Shown here one piece after another: positions 8,657 to 19,207 of a stretch of 64,000 bases of DNA. This DNA comes from a virus, in the IMG/VR virus record IMGVR_UViG_3300006750_000002, positions 1-64,000 of that record; one strand, written 5' to 3'. The translations under genes were made by a program, and so were the position numbers. The notes under the pieces are model-generated. The model was not told where the DNA came from. It saw only the letters and a list, made by a program, of their open reading frames with translations, and did not search any database. Position 1 is the first letter of the stretch, and every line of letters starts with the position of its first letter.

Positions 8657-9457
8657 CTATACAGTTTCAGGACTGTATTTTATTTCTCTATCTGTAGTGA
8701 AAAAATACTCTTTCTTAGCCGTCTCAATCCAAAAGTTAGCCTCAGTAGAATCAATTAAGTCCCCCTCTTTATATTTATAATTCCAGAATAGGGAGTCTGG
8801 ACGCATATTTGTGTGTTTATACCCAACTTTAGGGATAGTGAATACTTTTAAGTCATTATACGTCCCTCTCAGTAAGAATTCATATACAAAAGTTAGTCGT
8901 ACACTACCTTTAAATCCACCAACCTCAGTAAACTTTTCTTTATTAATGACCATTCCACTTGTTTGGAAATTAGGGTATCTTAATAAACATTCGTTGTCTA
9001 AGTAACCCATTTTATCACTGAAGTTCATTGCCCATACAGCTTCATTTGTAAAGTTAATGAATTCTCCCTCAGCTGTTACATCAACAACAAGAGGTAGGAA
9101 AACGTCAACATCTTCATAATGTGAAGAATACTTTTCCACATTCTTAAACCAGATAGTAGCGTACTCATCGTCATGTTCCAATACGGAGAACCACTTAGTA
9201 TTAACTTTCCCGACACCGAAATTTATTTGACCCATAAAGGAAGTGTCCCCTACGTTTTCAATAACCTCAACGTCCAATCCGTTAAAATCAAAACTGTCTA
9301 GATAGTTTTTAAGTTTTATGTCATTACTTCTAACGACTATAAGTTTAGGTTTCTCATCGACAGTCTGAGTGGTGATGCTTTTAATAGCATTTTTAAACAG
9401 GTCATCGGTTTGTTCATTTGTTATATGAATAGGTAATATAATAGTTAAATCTTTCAT
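8657..9457 (-). CDS. Glycosyltransferase family 2
   Basis: LTIILPIH start, GQINFGV, WFSVLEHDDEY (DxD region), SGMVINKEKF. Confidence 0.85.
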   Translation of the reverse strand: MKDLTIILPIHITNEQTDDLFKNAIKSITTQTVDEKPKLIVVRSNDIKLKNYLDSFDFNGLDVEVIENVGDTSFMGQINFGVGKVNTKWFSVLEHDDEYATIWFKNVEKYSSHYEDVDVFLPLVVDVTAEGEFINFTNEAVWAMNFSDKMGYLDNECLLRYPNFQTSGMVINKEKFTEVGGFKGSVRLTFVYEFLLRGTYNDLKVFTIPKVGYKHTNMRPDSLFWNYKYKEGDLIDSTEANFWIETAKKEYFFTTDREIKYSPETV

Positions 9458-9459
9458 TT

Positions 9460-10554
9460 TTAGTTTTCTTCGTTTACGGTAAGTTTATCGACAGCTGTCG
9501 CTAGTTCTTCTTCTTTATCTTTCATTAGTTTTTCAATGAACATCTTAATTCCTTTTACTTGATTATCTGTGGTGTATGGTAGGACAGTCTCTTCCATTTT
9601 ATTAAGAAGGTTAGTTGGTACTGAATCCTCTAACCATGTTTTCATGTAAGCGTTAATCACATCAACTATTTGGTTGAACTCGTAACTCCAGAAACCGTTT
9701 TCTTCCTGTAACCACTCTGGTTTAAGGTTAGGTATCTTCCCAACAACTGGGACCCCACTTTTCATACATTCTAATGGGAAAGTACCGAACCCTGAAATGT
9801 CGTCTACCCACACACCTACTGCTACGTCTTGTAATGTGTCAGCGAAAGTAGTGGTGTCCATTCCTCTCATATCTCTAAAAGTCACCCATTTAAATTGTGG
9901 GTATCTAGCATAAAAGGTTTTAACTATTTTCATGGTATCCCTAGGTTCACGAGTATGAATCGCCACTAAAGGTGCCCCAGGTTTATCACTCTTACTAAAT
10001 TTAGAGGAGATAGATGGTGCAATAACCGTAATATCGATGTTTGGGAAAACAGATAAGATGTATTCTTTTGATATTTCTGATGTGGTAATCACATGAGTAT
10101 ACCCATAGTTAATCCACTGTACACCAGGTTGTAACATCTCAAATATGTAATCGTAGGACTGACATAATACTACTTTTGTACAAGCCATTTCTTTAGTTTG
10201 TTCCATTACATGACCAAACAATTCAGGAACAATTAGGACATCTGCTGGACCTACAGAAAGGTCACCAGAACTAACACACGCGTGTGGTAGGGATGAATAT
10301 TCTTCACCTAACCACTCACTAATGGACATCCATTCACCATTTTGTGAATCGTTAATTTTATAGTCTTCATTTTCGTGTAAGATAAATGCGTTGTAACCAT
10401 CCTCCTGTAAACACTTTACTAACTCATAGTTATATGCGATAGATGCTTTAGGATTTCCTTTACTGTCTTGGGTTAGAATAAAAATTTTAGACTCCTTCCC
10501 TTTAACTAGTTGTAAGGACTCCTCAATTTTTTGTACATTAATGTTTTGTGCCAT
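9460..10554 (-). CDS. Glycosyltransferase (GT-B fold, GT4-like)
   Basis: C-terminal GFGTFPLECMKSGVPVVG matches the GT-B E-x-FG-x-P-x-EAM-x-G-x-PV motif. Confidence 0.8.
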   Translation of the reverse strand: MAQNINVQKIEESLQLVKGKESKIFILTQDSKGNPKASIAYNYELVKCLQEDGYNAFILHENEDYKINDSQNGEWMSISEWLGEEYSSLPHACVSSGDLSVGPADVLIVPELFGHVMEQTKEMACTKVVLCQSYDYIFEMLQPGVQWINYGYTHVITTSEISKEYILSVFPNIDITVIAPSISSKFSKSDKPGAPLVAIHTREPRDTMKIVKTFYARYPQFKWVTFRDMRGMDTTTFADTLQDVAVGVWVDDISGFGTFPLECMKSGVPVVGKIPNLKPEWLQEENGFWSYEFNQIVDVINAYMKTWLEDSVPTNLLNKMEETVLPYTTDNQVKGIKMFIEKLMKDKEEELATAVDKLTVNEEN

Positions 10555-10565
10555 TTTAATTATTT

Positions 10566-10904
10566 TTAATTTACTTCTTTTATTATTTTATATTCAATTA
10601 AGGTGTTGAAAGATAATTTAAATGGAAAACTCAAATTATCAAGACTTTTATACCCCATCTTTTCATCTATTTCCTCATTTGTGGAAAGTATTACGTCTAA
10701 AAATAACCTTAACATTTCATATTTTACAGGATTGATAGCGAACTCTGCTTTAAATTCACCATCATCATTTTCTTCTTCTACGTTATACTGTTCGTTATCT
10801 AACTTTATGAACCCCATCATCTCATCTAGGTCTACCACCATTTTACTACCCAAAATTTCAACCTGGTATTCTTTAAGTGAACTCATATCTTTCAATATGC
10901 TCAT
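10566..10904 (-). CDS. Hypothetical protein
   Basis: 112-aa ORF in operon. Confidence 0.65.
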   Translation of the reverse strand: MSILKDMSSLKEYQVEILGSKMVVDLDEMMGFIKLDNEQYNVEEENDDGEFKAEFAINPVKYEMLRLFLDVILSTNEEIDEKMGYKSLDNLSFPFKLSFNTLIEYKIIKEVN

Positions 10905-11460
10905 TTTCTATTAAATCTTTTATAGAAGAAACGTAAAGAATGTTCCCATGGGGACCCTTATTTTCTTTATCACACTCTTCTTGGTTTATTTTTATATACT
11001 CTACCTCTTTATTCTCACTAATCTTTTCATTATTGGTGATAATTATATCCGCTCTTGTATTTACTGTTTTAAAGTCTTCTAATGGGAAAAACTCCACATT
11101 ATCTACCAAGATACCCATTCTCGCTAAAAACATTAACGTTGCGGGTTTAGACTTCTCAATCTCATTAGAAAATATAACTATATGATGTCGGTCTCTGTAT
11201 TTCTTATATAATTCATTAACCATAAAAGAGGCACCTTCTTCACATTCGTTAGAATACCCAAAAATCCTCATGGGACATTCTACATACATATATTCAATTA
11301 AATCCTCCTTAGAGTCGAACCCTAGATATTCTTGTAGTCCTTCACCCTTATATTCTTCTCCTAATTCTTTTTCTAAATTATCCGCTTTATAAACCAATAT
11401 TGTTTTACTGGTAATGTCTCTAATCACATCATTTAATTCTATGTATATATTTTTTTTCAT
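10873..11460 (-). CDS. HAD-fold 5'(3')-nucleotidase-like protein, catalytic motif degenerate
   Basis: IYIELNDVIRD occupies the DxD motif I position; overall layout like NT5C-type phage proteins. Confidence 0.5.
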   Translation of the reverse strand: MKKNIYIELNDVIRDITSKTILVYKADNLEKELGEEYKGEGLQEYLGFDSKEDLIEYMYVECPMRIFGYSNECEEGASFMVNELYKKYRDRHHIVIFSNEIEKSKPATLMFLARMGILVDNVEFFPLEDFKTVNTRADIIITNNEKISENKEVEYIKINQEECDKENKGPHGNILYVSSIKDLIENEHIERYEFT

Positions 11461-11498
11461 GATATAAAAAATAGTTTAAACCCCAAAGTAGTAAACGA

Positions 11499-12161
11499 TT
11501 AATAACCAGTTAATAATGTTAAGACTTCGTCTATAGCTTGGTGCCTATGATTGTCTTCTAAAACACACTTAAAAACAAAATTAGATGTTTGGATTTTAGG
11601 CACTTCATGTATTGCGGAATAGTTTTTATCCTTTAAATCAATTTGTTGGTTATCTCCACAAAATATCATGGTAGAATTTTTACCTAATCTTCCTAAAGCC
11701 ATATTTAACTGAGACTTAGTTAAATTTTGGAATTCGTCTACTATAACCACCGAGTTTTCAAAGGTCCTCCCTCGAAAATGAGCTAATGAAACCAGTTCTA
11801 TAGATTCATCTTCTTCTAACTTTGCAAGAATTTGGGGCTTGTTATACACTTTTCTCATATTACTTCTAATGGGAACTAACCAGGGTTCCATTTTTTCTTT
11901 TTCGGAACCAGGTAAAAATCCATTATCTTCCGTAGATACGGTAGGTCGTGTTATTATAATCTTATTAACCGTTCTTTTGAAAAACATATCTAAGGCTGTT
12001 TGACAAGCTAATAATGTTTTACCACTTCCCGCTTTTCCCACAATAAAGTTAAATGGGTGGGTTAATATCGCGGCTTTTGATTTTTTTTGTTCAGGAGATA
12101 AGGTTATAGAAAATTTTACTGCTCCTTTAGGTGGAGCCTTATTTACGTTCTGTTTAGCCAT
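11499..12161 (-). CDS. phoH: PhoH-family ATPase
   Basis: GKAGSGKTLLA, IIITRP, GFLPG, RGRTF, VDEFQN, GDNQQID. Confidence 0.95.
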   Translation of the reverse strand: MAKQNVNKAPPKGAVKFSITLSPEQKKSKAAILTHPFNFIVGKAGSGKTLLACQTALDMFFKRTVNKIIITRPTVSTEDNGFLPGSEKEKMEPWLVPIRSNMRKVYNKPQILAKLEEDESIELVSLAHFRGRTFENSVVIVDEFQNLTKSQLNMALGRLGKNSTMIFCGDNQQIDLKDKNYSAIHEVPKIQTSNFVFKCVLEDNHRHQAIDEVLTLLTGY

Positions 12162-12272
12162 ATAAGTTTTTATGCTAAGTTAACCCTATCTTATTGAAAG
12201 TGTATAGTGCAGTTAATGAACCTCTATTGGGTAGTATAATCATTATCACTAGTATCTGACTATATAACCAAT

Positions 12273-12437
12273 TCACGCATTAAGTATACTACCGTCTTGG
12301 CCAATAATAAAGTGTCTAACTGATTGTTTTTTAACAAATGACGTTGCCTCACCAAGAGTGTCAAAAGTCTTTATTAGTGTGAAAGGGACATATGGTTCCA
12401 TGTGACCATACGAAACGGAATCGAATATTCTATACAT
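12273..12437 (-). CDS. Small hypothetical protein (54 aa, MYRIFDSVSYGHMEPY...), not in ORF track
   Basis: Manual translation; ATG 3 nt after the fcl stop, fills the gap. Confidence 0.55.
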   Translation of the reverse strand: MYRIFDSVSYGHMEPYVPFTLIKTFDTLGEATSFVKKQSVRHFIIGQDGSILNA

Positions 12438-12440
12438 AAT

Positions 12441-13385
12441 TTATTTTCTTACTTTATCATAATTATTAACAAACCATTCAATAGTTTCTTTTAAACCATC
12501 TTCAATCGGTGTAAATTTAAAATCTGGTAGATACGATAATAGTTTTGAGTTGTCAGTTGGTTTTCTAAACTGACCATCAGGTTTACTGTCGTTCCAAACA
12601 ACTTCACCGTCAAACCCCATTATATCAACAATCAAATCAACAACATATTGTATTGATACCTCTTCGGATGTTGATAGGATTATTGGTTCCTCTTCCTCGT
12701 AATTATCTAAAACCCATTCTGTCAGTTTAGCGACATCTTTATTATAAATGAATTCCCTTAGTGGTTTACCAGAACCCCAAACTTCAAATGGTTTGTTATC
12801 TCGTTTGGCTATGTAGCACTTATGTATTAGTGATGGTATTACATGACCACGCTCCAAATTAAAATTATCGTTAATACCATATACATTGGTTGGTATAACG
12901 CATTTATAATTCAGACCATATTGTTCTCTATAAGCTCTAACCTGAACTTCTGCCATTCTCTTTGCATATGCATAACCGTCATTAGATTCGTGTGGTGGAC
13001 CTAAATGTATCTTATTCTCAGTAAGAGGATATTCAACATCATCTGGGAATATGCACGTAGATAGAAAGACCACCATATTCTTAATACCAAATTTTCTAGC
13101 AGCTTCTATGACGTTAGTATTCATCATAATGTTGTCGTAGAAGAACTCACCTTTATGTGTCATGTTGTAACCCACACCACCAACCTTGGCGGCACAATGG
13201 ATTATTCGGTCTACTGGTTCTGGTGTGCTTGGTGCTTTTGGACCGTTAACGGTATAATACCTAAGTAGTTTTTCCACGTCTGTTTGGTTTCTTAGGTCAC
13301 ATAACCCAGACGTTAACTTTAGTGAGTCACCACCAAATTGCGAACCTATTAACCCGTTTGAACCTGTTACTAATAATCTACCCAT
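12441..13385 (-). CDS. fcl: GDP-L-fucose synthase
   Basis: VTGSNGLIGS, IHCAAKVGG, FLSTCIFP, YAYAKR, PTNVYG, WGSGKPLREF, KPDGQFRK; adjacent to gmd. Confidence 0.95.
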   Translation of the reverse strand: MGRLLVTGSNGLIGSQFGGDSLKLTSGLCDLRNQTDVEKLLRYYTVNGPKAPSTPEPVDRIIHCAAKVGGVGYNMTHKGEFFYDNIMMNTNVIEAARKFGIKNMVVFLSTCIFPDDVEYPLTENKIHLGPPHESNDGYAYAKRMAEVQVRAYREQYGLNYKCVIPTNVYGINDNFNLERGHVIPSLIHKCYIAKRDNKPFEVWGSGKPLREFIYNKDVAKLTEWVLDNYEEEEPIILSTSEEVSIQYVVDLIVDIMGFDGEVVWNDSKPDGQFRKPTDNSKLLSYLPDFKFTPIEDGLKETIEWFVNNYDKVRK

Positions 13386-14370
13386 CTGAACTATCTTTAT
13401 AATACTCTAACCAATAATCAATCATTTCACTAATCATCATTTCAAATGTATATTTCGGTTCCCAGTTTAGTTCTTTTCTTAGTTTAGATGAGTCACCTTT
13501 AAGGTCCCGTAATTCTTCTGGTCTAAAATGTTTTTCTGCAGCTTCAATATAATCTTCATAACTTAATCCTAAACTAGAAAATGTATACTCACATAAATCT
13601 CTGACAGAATGAGATATTCCTGTAGCACACACATAATCATCTGGGGCATCTGATTGTAAAATTAACCACATAGCCTCAACGTAGTCCTTTGCGTGCCCCC
13701 AATCCCTAGTTGCATCTAAATTTCCTAAATATAATTTATCTTGTAAACCTAATTTAATTCTGACCGCAGCCTTAACTACTTTATTGGTTACAAAATTAGT
13801 TCCTCTTCTTGGTGATTCATGATTAAATAATATTCCATTGGAAATAAACATATTATAAGAATTCCTATAATTTCTACTTATATTATAAGAAAATACTTTA
13901 GCACACCCATAAGGTGATACTGGGGATAAAGGTGTTGTTTCTCTTTGGTACCCATCGTCATCAATGTTATTACCAAACATTTCAGATGAACTTGCTTGGT
14001 ATATTTTTGAATGTGGTGACACCATTCTAATCGCCTCTAACAGATTAAGTGTCCCTAATCCTGTTACATTAGCGGTATATATTGGTTGGTCAAAACTGAC
14101 CCTTACATGTGATTGAGCCGCTAAATTATATATTTCATTTGGTTGAACCTCTTTTAAAACTCGTATTAAGGATGACATATCAGTTAAATCAGCGTATTCT
14201 AAATTAATTTTACCTGATGAACATAAATGTTCTATCCTTGTTGATTGTGTTTCGGATACGGAATTTCTCTTTACTGTGCCCCATACTTCATATTCTTTTT
14301 CTATTAAAAATTCTGCAAGATATGAACCATCTTGTCCGTTAATTCCCGTAATTAAAACTTTTTTATTCAT
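13378..14370 (-). CDS. gmd: GDP-mannose 4,6-dehydratase
   Basis: LITGINGQDGSYLAEFL, YNLAAQSHV, YQASSSEMFG, SPYGCAK, GILFNHESPRRG, LGNLDATRDWGHAKDYVEAMW. Confidence 0.97.
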   Translation of the reverse strand: MNKKVLITGINGQDGSYLAEFLIEKEYEVWGTVKRNSVSETQSTRIEHLCSSGKINLEYADLTDMSSLIRVLKEVQPNEIYNLAAQSHVRVSFDQPIYTANVTGLGTLNLLEAIRMVSPHSKIYQASSSEMFGNNIDDDGYQRETTPLSPVSPYGCAKVFSYNISRNYRNSYNMFISNGILFNHESPRRGTNFVTNKVVKAAVRIKLGLQDKLYLGNLDATRDWGHAKDYVEAMWLILQSDAPDDYVCATGISHSVRDLCEYTFSSLGLSYEDYIEAAEKHFRPEELRDLKGDSSKLRKELNWEPKYTFEMMISEMIDYWLEYYKDSSDG

Positions 14371-15019
14371 ATCTAATTATATATTTTTTTACCCCACTAT
14401 TGTTCAAATAATTTATAAATCTTTGATTATCTTCCTTGGTTAATGAATTACTATGAAAATTCAATTTCTTCCCTTTGGTTTTAGAAACTCTACCTTTATC
14501 ACCTGAAATTATTTCTTTTTTACCTGTATTGTCATAAACATTTATAGATTCATTAAACAATTCTTCATAATTGTCCATAAAAATACCCAACTTTTTTTCA
14601 TCTAAAATATTTAAAAATTTTAAAATCTTTTCTATGTTATTCTTGGGTTGGGTTAATAGGTCTTCGTAATAAATTAATATTTTATTGCCTTTATGATTGT
14701 GAAAAGATTTTATTAAATCCATAAACCACTTTAAATCATCATCGGTAAATTTATTTTTATGTCTCATAATAGCTTCCTTTGGGTTTCTAACTATTAGAAT
14801 TAAGTTTTCATTAGGTTTAATATTAGAATACCAATGATTTTTAAAAAGTATGTAATCAGTACCAGAAACATGACTTAAAGTGTCCTTATTAACTAAATTA
14901 ACATAGATAGGTTTATCTTCTTTGCTCATACCTTTAGTTGGTTTACCAGAAAACCATTCCACAATAAACCTAACCCAATGATTACCTGACCTAGGATAAG
15001 ATATTAAATGATTGTTCAT
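14363..15019 (-). CDS. Sulfotransferase (Sulfotransfer_1-like)
   Basis: 5'-PSB SYPRSGNHWVR and 3'-PB IVRNPKEA; YYEDL. Confidence 0.8.
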   Translation of the reverse strand: MNNHLISYPRSGNHWVRFIVEWFSGKPTKGMSKEDKPIYVNLVNKDTLSHVSGTDYILFKNHWYSNIKPNENLILIVRNPKEAIMRHKNKFTDDDLKWFMDLIKSFHNHKGNKILIYYEDLLTQPKNNIEKILKFLNILDEKKLGIFMDNYEELFNESINVYDNTGKKEIISGDKGRVSKTKGKKLNFHSNSLTKEDNQRFINYLNNSGVKKYIIRYE

Positions 15020-15599
15020 AATTAAAATTTATTAAATCTATTTTACAATTTTTAGATACTATATCTATTAAATTATTGTTAACGTAATACTCTCTATAAT
15101 CTTTATTATTACTAACGTTGACTTTAGGTATATTAATTTCAAAACCAAGTAGGTCAGTTAATTTATCGTTAATTTCATACATATCTAAAGTATAGTCAAC
15201 CATTAGTTGGTTATTTTGATATATGTAATCTGATTGGTTTCTCCAACCTTGATGTTTTAATTTTTGGGGTGTGTTTTTTAAAATATCTAAACATTCTTCA
15301 AATGTTTTATCCTTTAATAATTCATAATCTGGGTGTTTACCGGCTCTAGCCTTATCTTCTTTTGCGTGCCAATAACTTTTATCCATTTTAGCGTATTCAT
15401 AACAAGAAACAACCCTATCCCAAGGGTTTCTAATAACACTTATTTTTTTATAATTTTCCCATTTATTAGGGTACTTGTTTTTATAATAACTCCATCCGTG
15501 ATGACCAATGTCTACCATCTCTAAAGTGTTTGTTATCGCAGTACCAGCGTTTTTAGGTATGTGAACAAAAATTAATTTATATTTATCAGATATTGGCAT
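14991..15599 (-). CDS. Sulfotransferase family 2 (carbohydrate sulfotransferase-like); likely start MPISDK
   Basis: FVHIPKNAGTAI and VIRNPWDRVVSCY motifs. Confidence 0.85.
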   Translation of the reverse strand: MPISDKYKLIFVHIPKNAGTAITNTLEMVDIGHHGWSYYKNKYPNKWENYKKISVIRNPWDRVVSCYEYAKMDKSYWHAKEDKARAGKHPDYELLKDKTFEECLDILKNTPQKLKHQGWRNQSDYIYQNNQLMVDYTLDMYEINDKLTDLLGFEINIPKVNVSNNKDYREYYVNNNLIDIVSKNCKIDLINFNYEQSFNILS

Positions 15600-15606
15600 A
15601 ATCGAA

Positions 15607-16140
15607 TTATTTAATTGCTTCAACATTTAGACTCATAAGAATACCATTATCCTTATCCATATGAGGTATATACGCTTGCGAATAATCGTCAATATCCGAA
15701 TGCTCAGTTGTTCTCCAATCCCATAACTTAACATCTTTAAATCCTATAAATTCTAGGTCATCTTTTAAGGTGTTAAAATCAAACGCTATATAATGGTAGT
15801 TATATTCATATGTTTGACCACCATAAAGGAATCCCATAAGACTTTTTAATGGATAACCGGAATTATACATAGTAACAACATTTTCAAAATCAGGTACAGA
15901 TATCCTTAACACACCACCATTAGATAATACAGTGTGCCATCTCTTAAGTGCCGAAAGGTACTCGTCACGACCGAAATGTTCTAAAACATGACATACATAT
16001 ATCAAATCAATAGAGTTATCTTCAATAGAATTTAATTCACCAACATCATCAATAATATCAGCACCTAAATCTAATCTTATATCTATATTAATAAAACCCT
16101 TTAATATTTTATGCCCACAACCTAAATGTAATTTTTTCAT
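15607..16140 (-). CDS. SAM-dependent methyltransferase (type 11-like)
   Basis: LHLGCG motif I, DLIYVCHVLEH, LSNGGVLRISVPD. Confidence 0.85.
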   Translation of the reverse strand: MKKLHLGCGHKILKGFINIDIRLDLGADIIDDVGELNSIEDNSIDLIYVCHVLEHFGRDEYLSALKRWHTVLSNGGVLRISVPDFENVVTMYNSGYPLKSLMGFLYGGQTYEYNYHYIAFDFNTLKDDLEFIGFKDVKLWDWRTTEHSDIDDYSQAYIPHMDKDNGILMSLNVEAIK

Positions 16141-16862
16141 CTTTTTCTTTTTAAAACAATAACTGGTTGGTACATTCCGTTTTCTGTTTTTAATTTTTTT
16201 TCATCAAAACCAACCTTATCAATAATTTCCCATCCAGCTATCAATTTAGGGAATCTATATTCACCATAAATCCTATGAGCATTCCAAAAAATAGTATCAG
16301 AGCCTATTGGAACTGCTAAAAATAATAAACCATCGTCTTTTAAAATATCTTGCATTTTTAACATGGCCTCAAAATCCCCAAAAGGGTTTATAGGGTCACC
16401 GTATCTCCCTAACCCATCATGTTCAAAAGAGGAAATAGAAAATACCACATCAAATTTTTGTAGATTTTTACTATATTCATCTACTGTTAATAAGGTTAAT
16501 CTTTCATCATCAGTTTTTAAAGAATTATACTCAATCGTAATAGGAATACCACCATAAGATAAAACTATAGCTTCATACCACGGTTGTGTAGAACCTAAGA
16601 TACCCACTTTTTTATTTTTTATATCATTTTTTTCTAATAATTTATATAATTCTGTATCGGTAGAACCATAATAACTTACTTCTTTATTTTTAATTTTTTC
16701 CATCATAGAATTAACTACTTCTTTAGAATAAAATCCCTTCAATTTACTATTGTTATTATTTCGCCCATCAATTAACCAATGTCTTAATGTGACTTTACCA
16801 TCTAAAGTAAATTCATTTCTTATAGCGGGAGATAATTCTTCCCATTTTATTATAGTCTCCAT
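16137..16862 (-). CDS. DUF268-like methyltransferase-fold protein
   Basis: GSTQPWYE, FDVVFSISSFEHDGLGRYGDPINP, NAHRIYG. Confidence 0.8.
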   Translation of the reverse strand: METIIKWEELSPAIRNEFTLDGKVTLRHWLIDGRNNNNSKLKGFYSKEVVNSMMEKIKNKEVSYYGSTDTELYKLLEKNDIKNKKVGILGSTQPWYEAIVLSYGGIPITIEYNSLKTDDERLTLLTVDEYSKNLQKFDVVFSISSFEHDGLGRYGDPINPFGDFEAMLKMQDILKDDGLLFLAVPIGSDTIFWNAHRIYGEYRFPKLIAGWEIIDKVGFDEKKLKTENGMYQPVIVLKRKR

Positions 16863-16867
16863 AGGTT

Positions 16868-17683
16868 TTATTTTTTATTTTCTAAATTTATCCATTTTTT
16901 ATTACTTTTAACCTTCAGAAAAAATGGTGCGGGGTGGAAGTATTTTAAGATGCATTCTTTTTTACTTATTAATGGAATTCCTAATTTAGAAAACTCTTCT
17001 TTTTTTATAAAGAACGCATCCCACCTTAATGTAGTGACTAATTCATAACCTTTAGATTTTGCTAAATCATAAAAAGCATGCAAATTTGCCCCAAAATAAC
17101 CTTCACCTACGTTTTGTTCATTCTCCTGAATAGTAACTGGATACTCATTAGAGATACCTGGATTAGTTTCTATTACTACTAAACGTGGTGCATAATTTAA
17201 TGCTTTCCATACCCAATAATCATTACTATCAATATCAATACTTAATACATCAAAAATATGTGGTACATTATGTGTTTTAAAAAGTTCATTAATGTTGTCT
17301 TTAGTGACCCAAGTATTACCATGTAAATTGATATTGGGTATACTCCCTGAAGCACCCTCCAATAATAAACCCCCCCAACCCTCATGTATACGTAAATCCG
17401 CAGTATTTGAAAGATGGCTGCCATTCATTGCTCCAAATTCTACATAATACTTGTTAGTTACCCCTATTTTTTTAAAAATAGATTTTATCACACCATATTG
17501 ACCCAATTGAGAATGTCCTTTTTGGGTGTTGGTATTAAAAATATCCTTAATGTTGGGGTGACCATTACCACCTTCTTGGGTATGTTTATTTATTAATTCT
17601 TTGACGATTTTATCGTTCTTTATAAGGGATTCTTCTATTAATCTCATATTTTTTGTTTTTATGAAAACACTAGTTGTGTCCAT
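16868..17683 (-). CDS. FkbM-like methyltransferase
   Basis: YVEFGAMNG...SNT, WGGLLLEG, LSIDIDSNDYWVW. Confidence 0.7.
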   Translation of the reverse strand: MDTTSVFIKTKNMRLIEESLIKNDKIVKELINKHTQEGGNGHPNIKDIFNTNTQKGHSQLGQYGVIKSIFKKIGVTNKYYVEFGAMNGSHLSNTADLRIHEGWGGLLLEGASGSIPNINLHGNTWVTKDNINELFKTHNVPHIFDVLSIDIDSNDYWVWKALNYAPRLVVIETNPGISNEYPVTIQENEQNVGEGYFGANLHAFYDLAKSKGYELVTTLRWDAFFIKKEEFSKLGIPLISKKECILKYFHPAPFFLKVKSNKKWINLENKK

Positions 17684-18438
17684 TTATTAATTGGATGAGG
17701 AGTTCTACCCCATGGATATAAAAAACTTTGTAGATTAATCCAGCCGGTGTAAGTATCCTTTATTTGACTTCTGTATTTTTTAGACATTACAACAGTAAAT
17801 TGGTCCCAAGTAGCATTTATTTTACCATCCATCTTATCATTTAAATCTCTAATTATATCACCTCTCATCATGCTATTCCATTGGCTTATAACGTAAACAC
17901 TTATCTCATACTCATCCTCAGTTTTATTTAACCAAACACTAAATTCATCATTTATTTTAATTTCTTTATGGCTTTTTGAAAATCTATTAACATTTTTTGT
18001 TTTTGAACTATTAGATACCTTACCCCCACCAAGTTTTATCTGAAATATGTCCATATCTTTTTCCATAGACTCAATCGCTACCTCACAAATCTTTTTAGAG
18101 TCATAGACCATCTCAACATCGTCTAAGAAAAACATTATATACTTTCCTGTAGATTCGGTTATTAATTTTCTAACTGACCTAACAAAACCTATTTCCTTTA
18201 TATTTTTAAAGTTAGGTTTTATTTCTTTAATTTTTTCTTCGACTTTATCAAAAAATTGGTAATTGGATTCGTTAACAATTAAAAATTCAACATCCTCCGT
18301 TTCTATTATATTTTTATAAGTGTTTAAACATCTAACAAACAGATTGAATTGTCTATTGTTAGTTATTTTTAAAGGGGTTAGTATCGATAATTTTTTCATA
18401 TGATAGTGATTGTTTATTTTAATAGTTTTATAATTCAT
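17659..18438 (-). CDS. GT-A fold glycosyltransferase-like protein
   Basis: LSILTP start, TGKYIMFFLDD segment; lies in glycan locus. Confidence 0.5.
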   Translation of the reverse strand: MNYKTIKINNHYHMKKLSILTPLKITNNRQFNLFVRCLNTYKNIIETEDVEFLIVNESNYQFFDKVEEKIKEIKPNFKNIKEIGFVRSVRKLITESTGKYIMFFLDDVEMVYDSKKICEVAIESMEKDMDIFQIKLGGGKVSNSSKTKNVNRFSKSHKEIKINDEFSVWLNKTEDEYEISVYVISQWNSMMRGDIIRDLNDKMDGKINATWDQFTVVMSKKYRSQIKDTYTGWINLQSFLYPWGRTPHPINKWTQLVFS

Positions 18439-18700
18439 AATCTAACCAAAATTTATCTATTTCTTTTTTATAATAACGTTTTATTGTTTATATTACTTCT
18501 TCGTCCATAACTTTTCTAAAACTTTTACTATTGGTTCTATTAATATATGGTAGACTATCCTCAGTTAAACCCAACCTAGAATTTAATTTTATAAAATCAT
18601 CATTTAAATTTTCATAATCTAATAGGGTGTCTACTATAATATCATCTTTTTCATCACACACATACTTGTTAATAGTCCATATAGTTCTGTGGCTATGGGT
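18428..18700 (-). pseudogene. 3' remnant of a family-2 sulfotransferase, fused to the upstream methyltransferase and interrupted by a TAA
   Basis: IIVDTLLDYENL...LPYINRTN...MDEEVI*TIKRYYKKEIDKFWLDYEL* parallels the C-terminus of ORF 20037-20636 (LVDKVFRLEEL...[24 protein letters not shown]). Confidence 0.7.
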
Positions 18701-19207
18701 ATCAACAGCTTGTTTAACACCACATGGGTTATTGTAATCGTGACCACTAATGATACCACCCTCTCTCATTTTAGGTAACCAAGCCTTAATATCCTTAACT
18801 ACCGATTCATACTTGTGGTCAGCATCAATAAATACGAAATCAACCGTACCATCTTCAAATTTCTCAGCCATCTCCCAAGACATACCCTTTAGGTCAGTAA
18901 TCATATCCATAACGCCACCCCGTTTTTTTACTTCGGTATAAATATCGTATAATACTGGTACTTGAGACTTCAACTTTTTATTCTTAGGTTCCGTCCATTG
19001 GTAACTATCACCCCACAAATCCACTGCATATATTTTACCATTAAACCCTAACTTTTTAATTTGGTTAGCTAAAAACGTAACAGAATGACCTTTCCATACG
19101 CCAAGTTCAACTACGATGTCGTAATTCTTACTGGCAATCATCTTATAAAACTCTTGGTAGTTGAACCACCAATCCGTATCTAAATTTCGCTTAACATTAT
19201 CTTCCAT
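18488..19207 (-). CDS. Class I SAM methyltransferase (Methyltransf_24) with chimeric C-terminus
   Basis: VVELGVWKGHS, VDFVFIDADHKYESV, GGIISGHDY, GVKQAVD; last ~70 aa are sulfotransferase-like. Confidence 0.85.
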   Translation of the reverse strand: MEDNVKRNLDTDWWFNYQEFYKMIASKNYDIVVELGVWKGHSVTFLANQIKKLGFNGKIYAVDLWGDSYQWTEPKNKKLKSQVPVLYDIYTEVKKRGGVMDMITDLKGMSWEMAEKFEDGTVDFVFIDADHKYESVVKDIKAWLPKMREGGIISGHDYNNPCGVKQAVDTHSHRTIWTINKYVCDEKDDIIVDTLLDYENLNDDFIKLNSRLGLTEDSLPYINRTNSKSFRKVMDEEVI

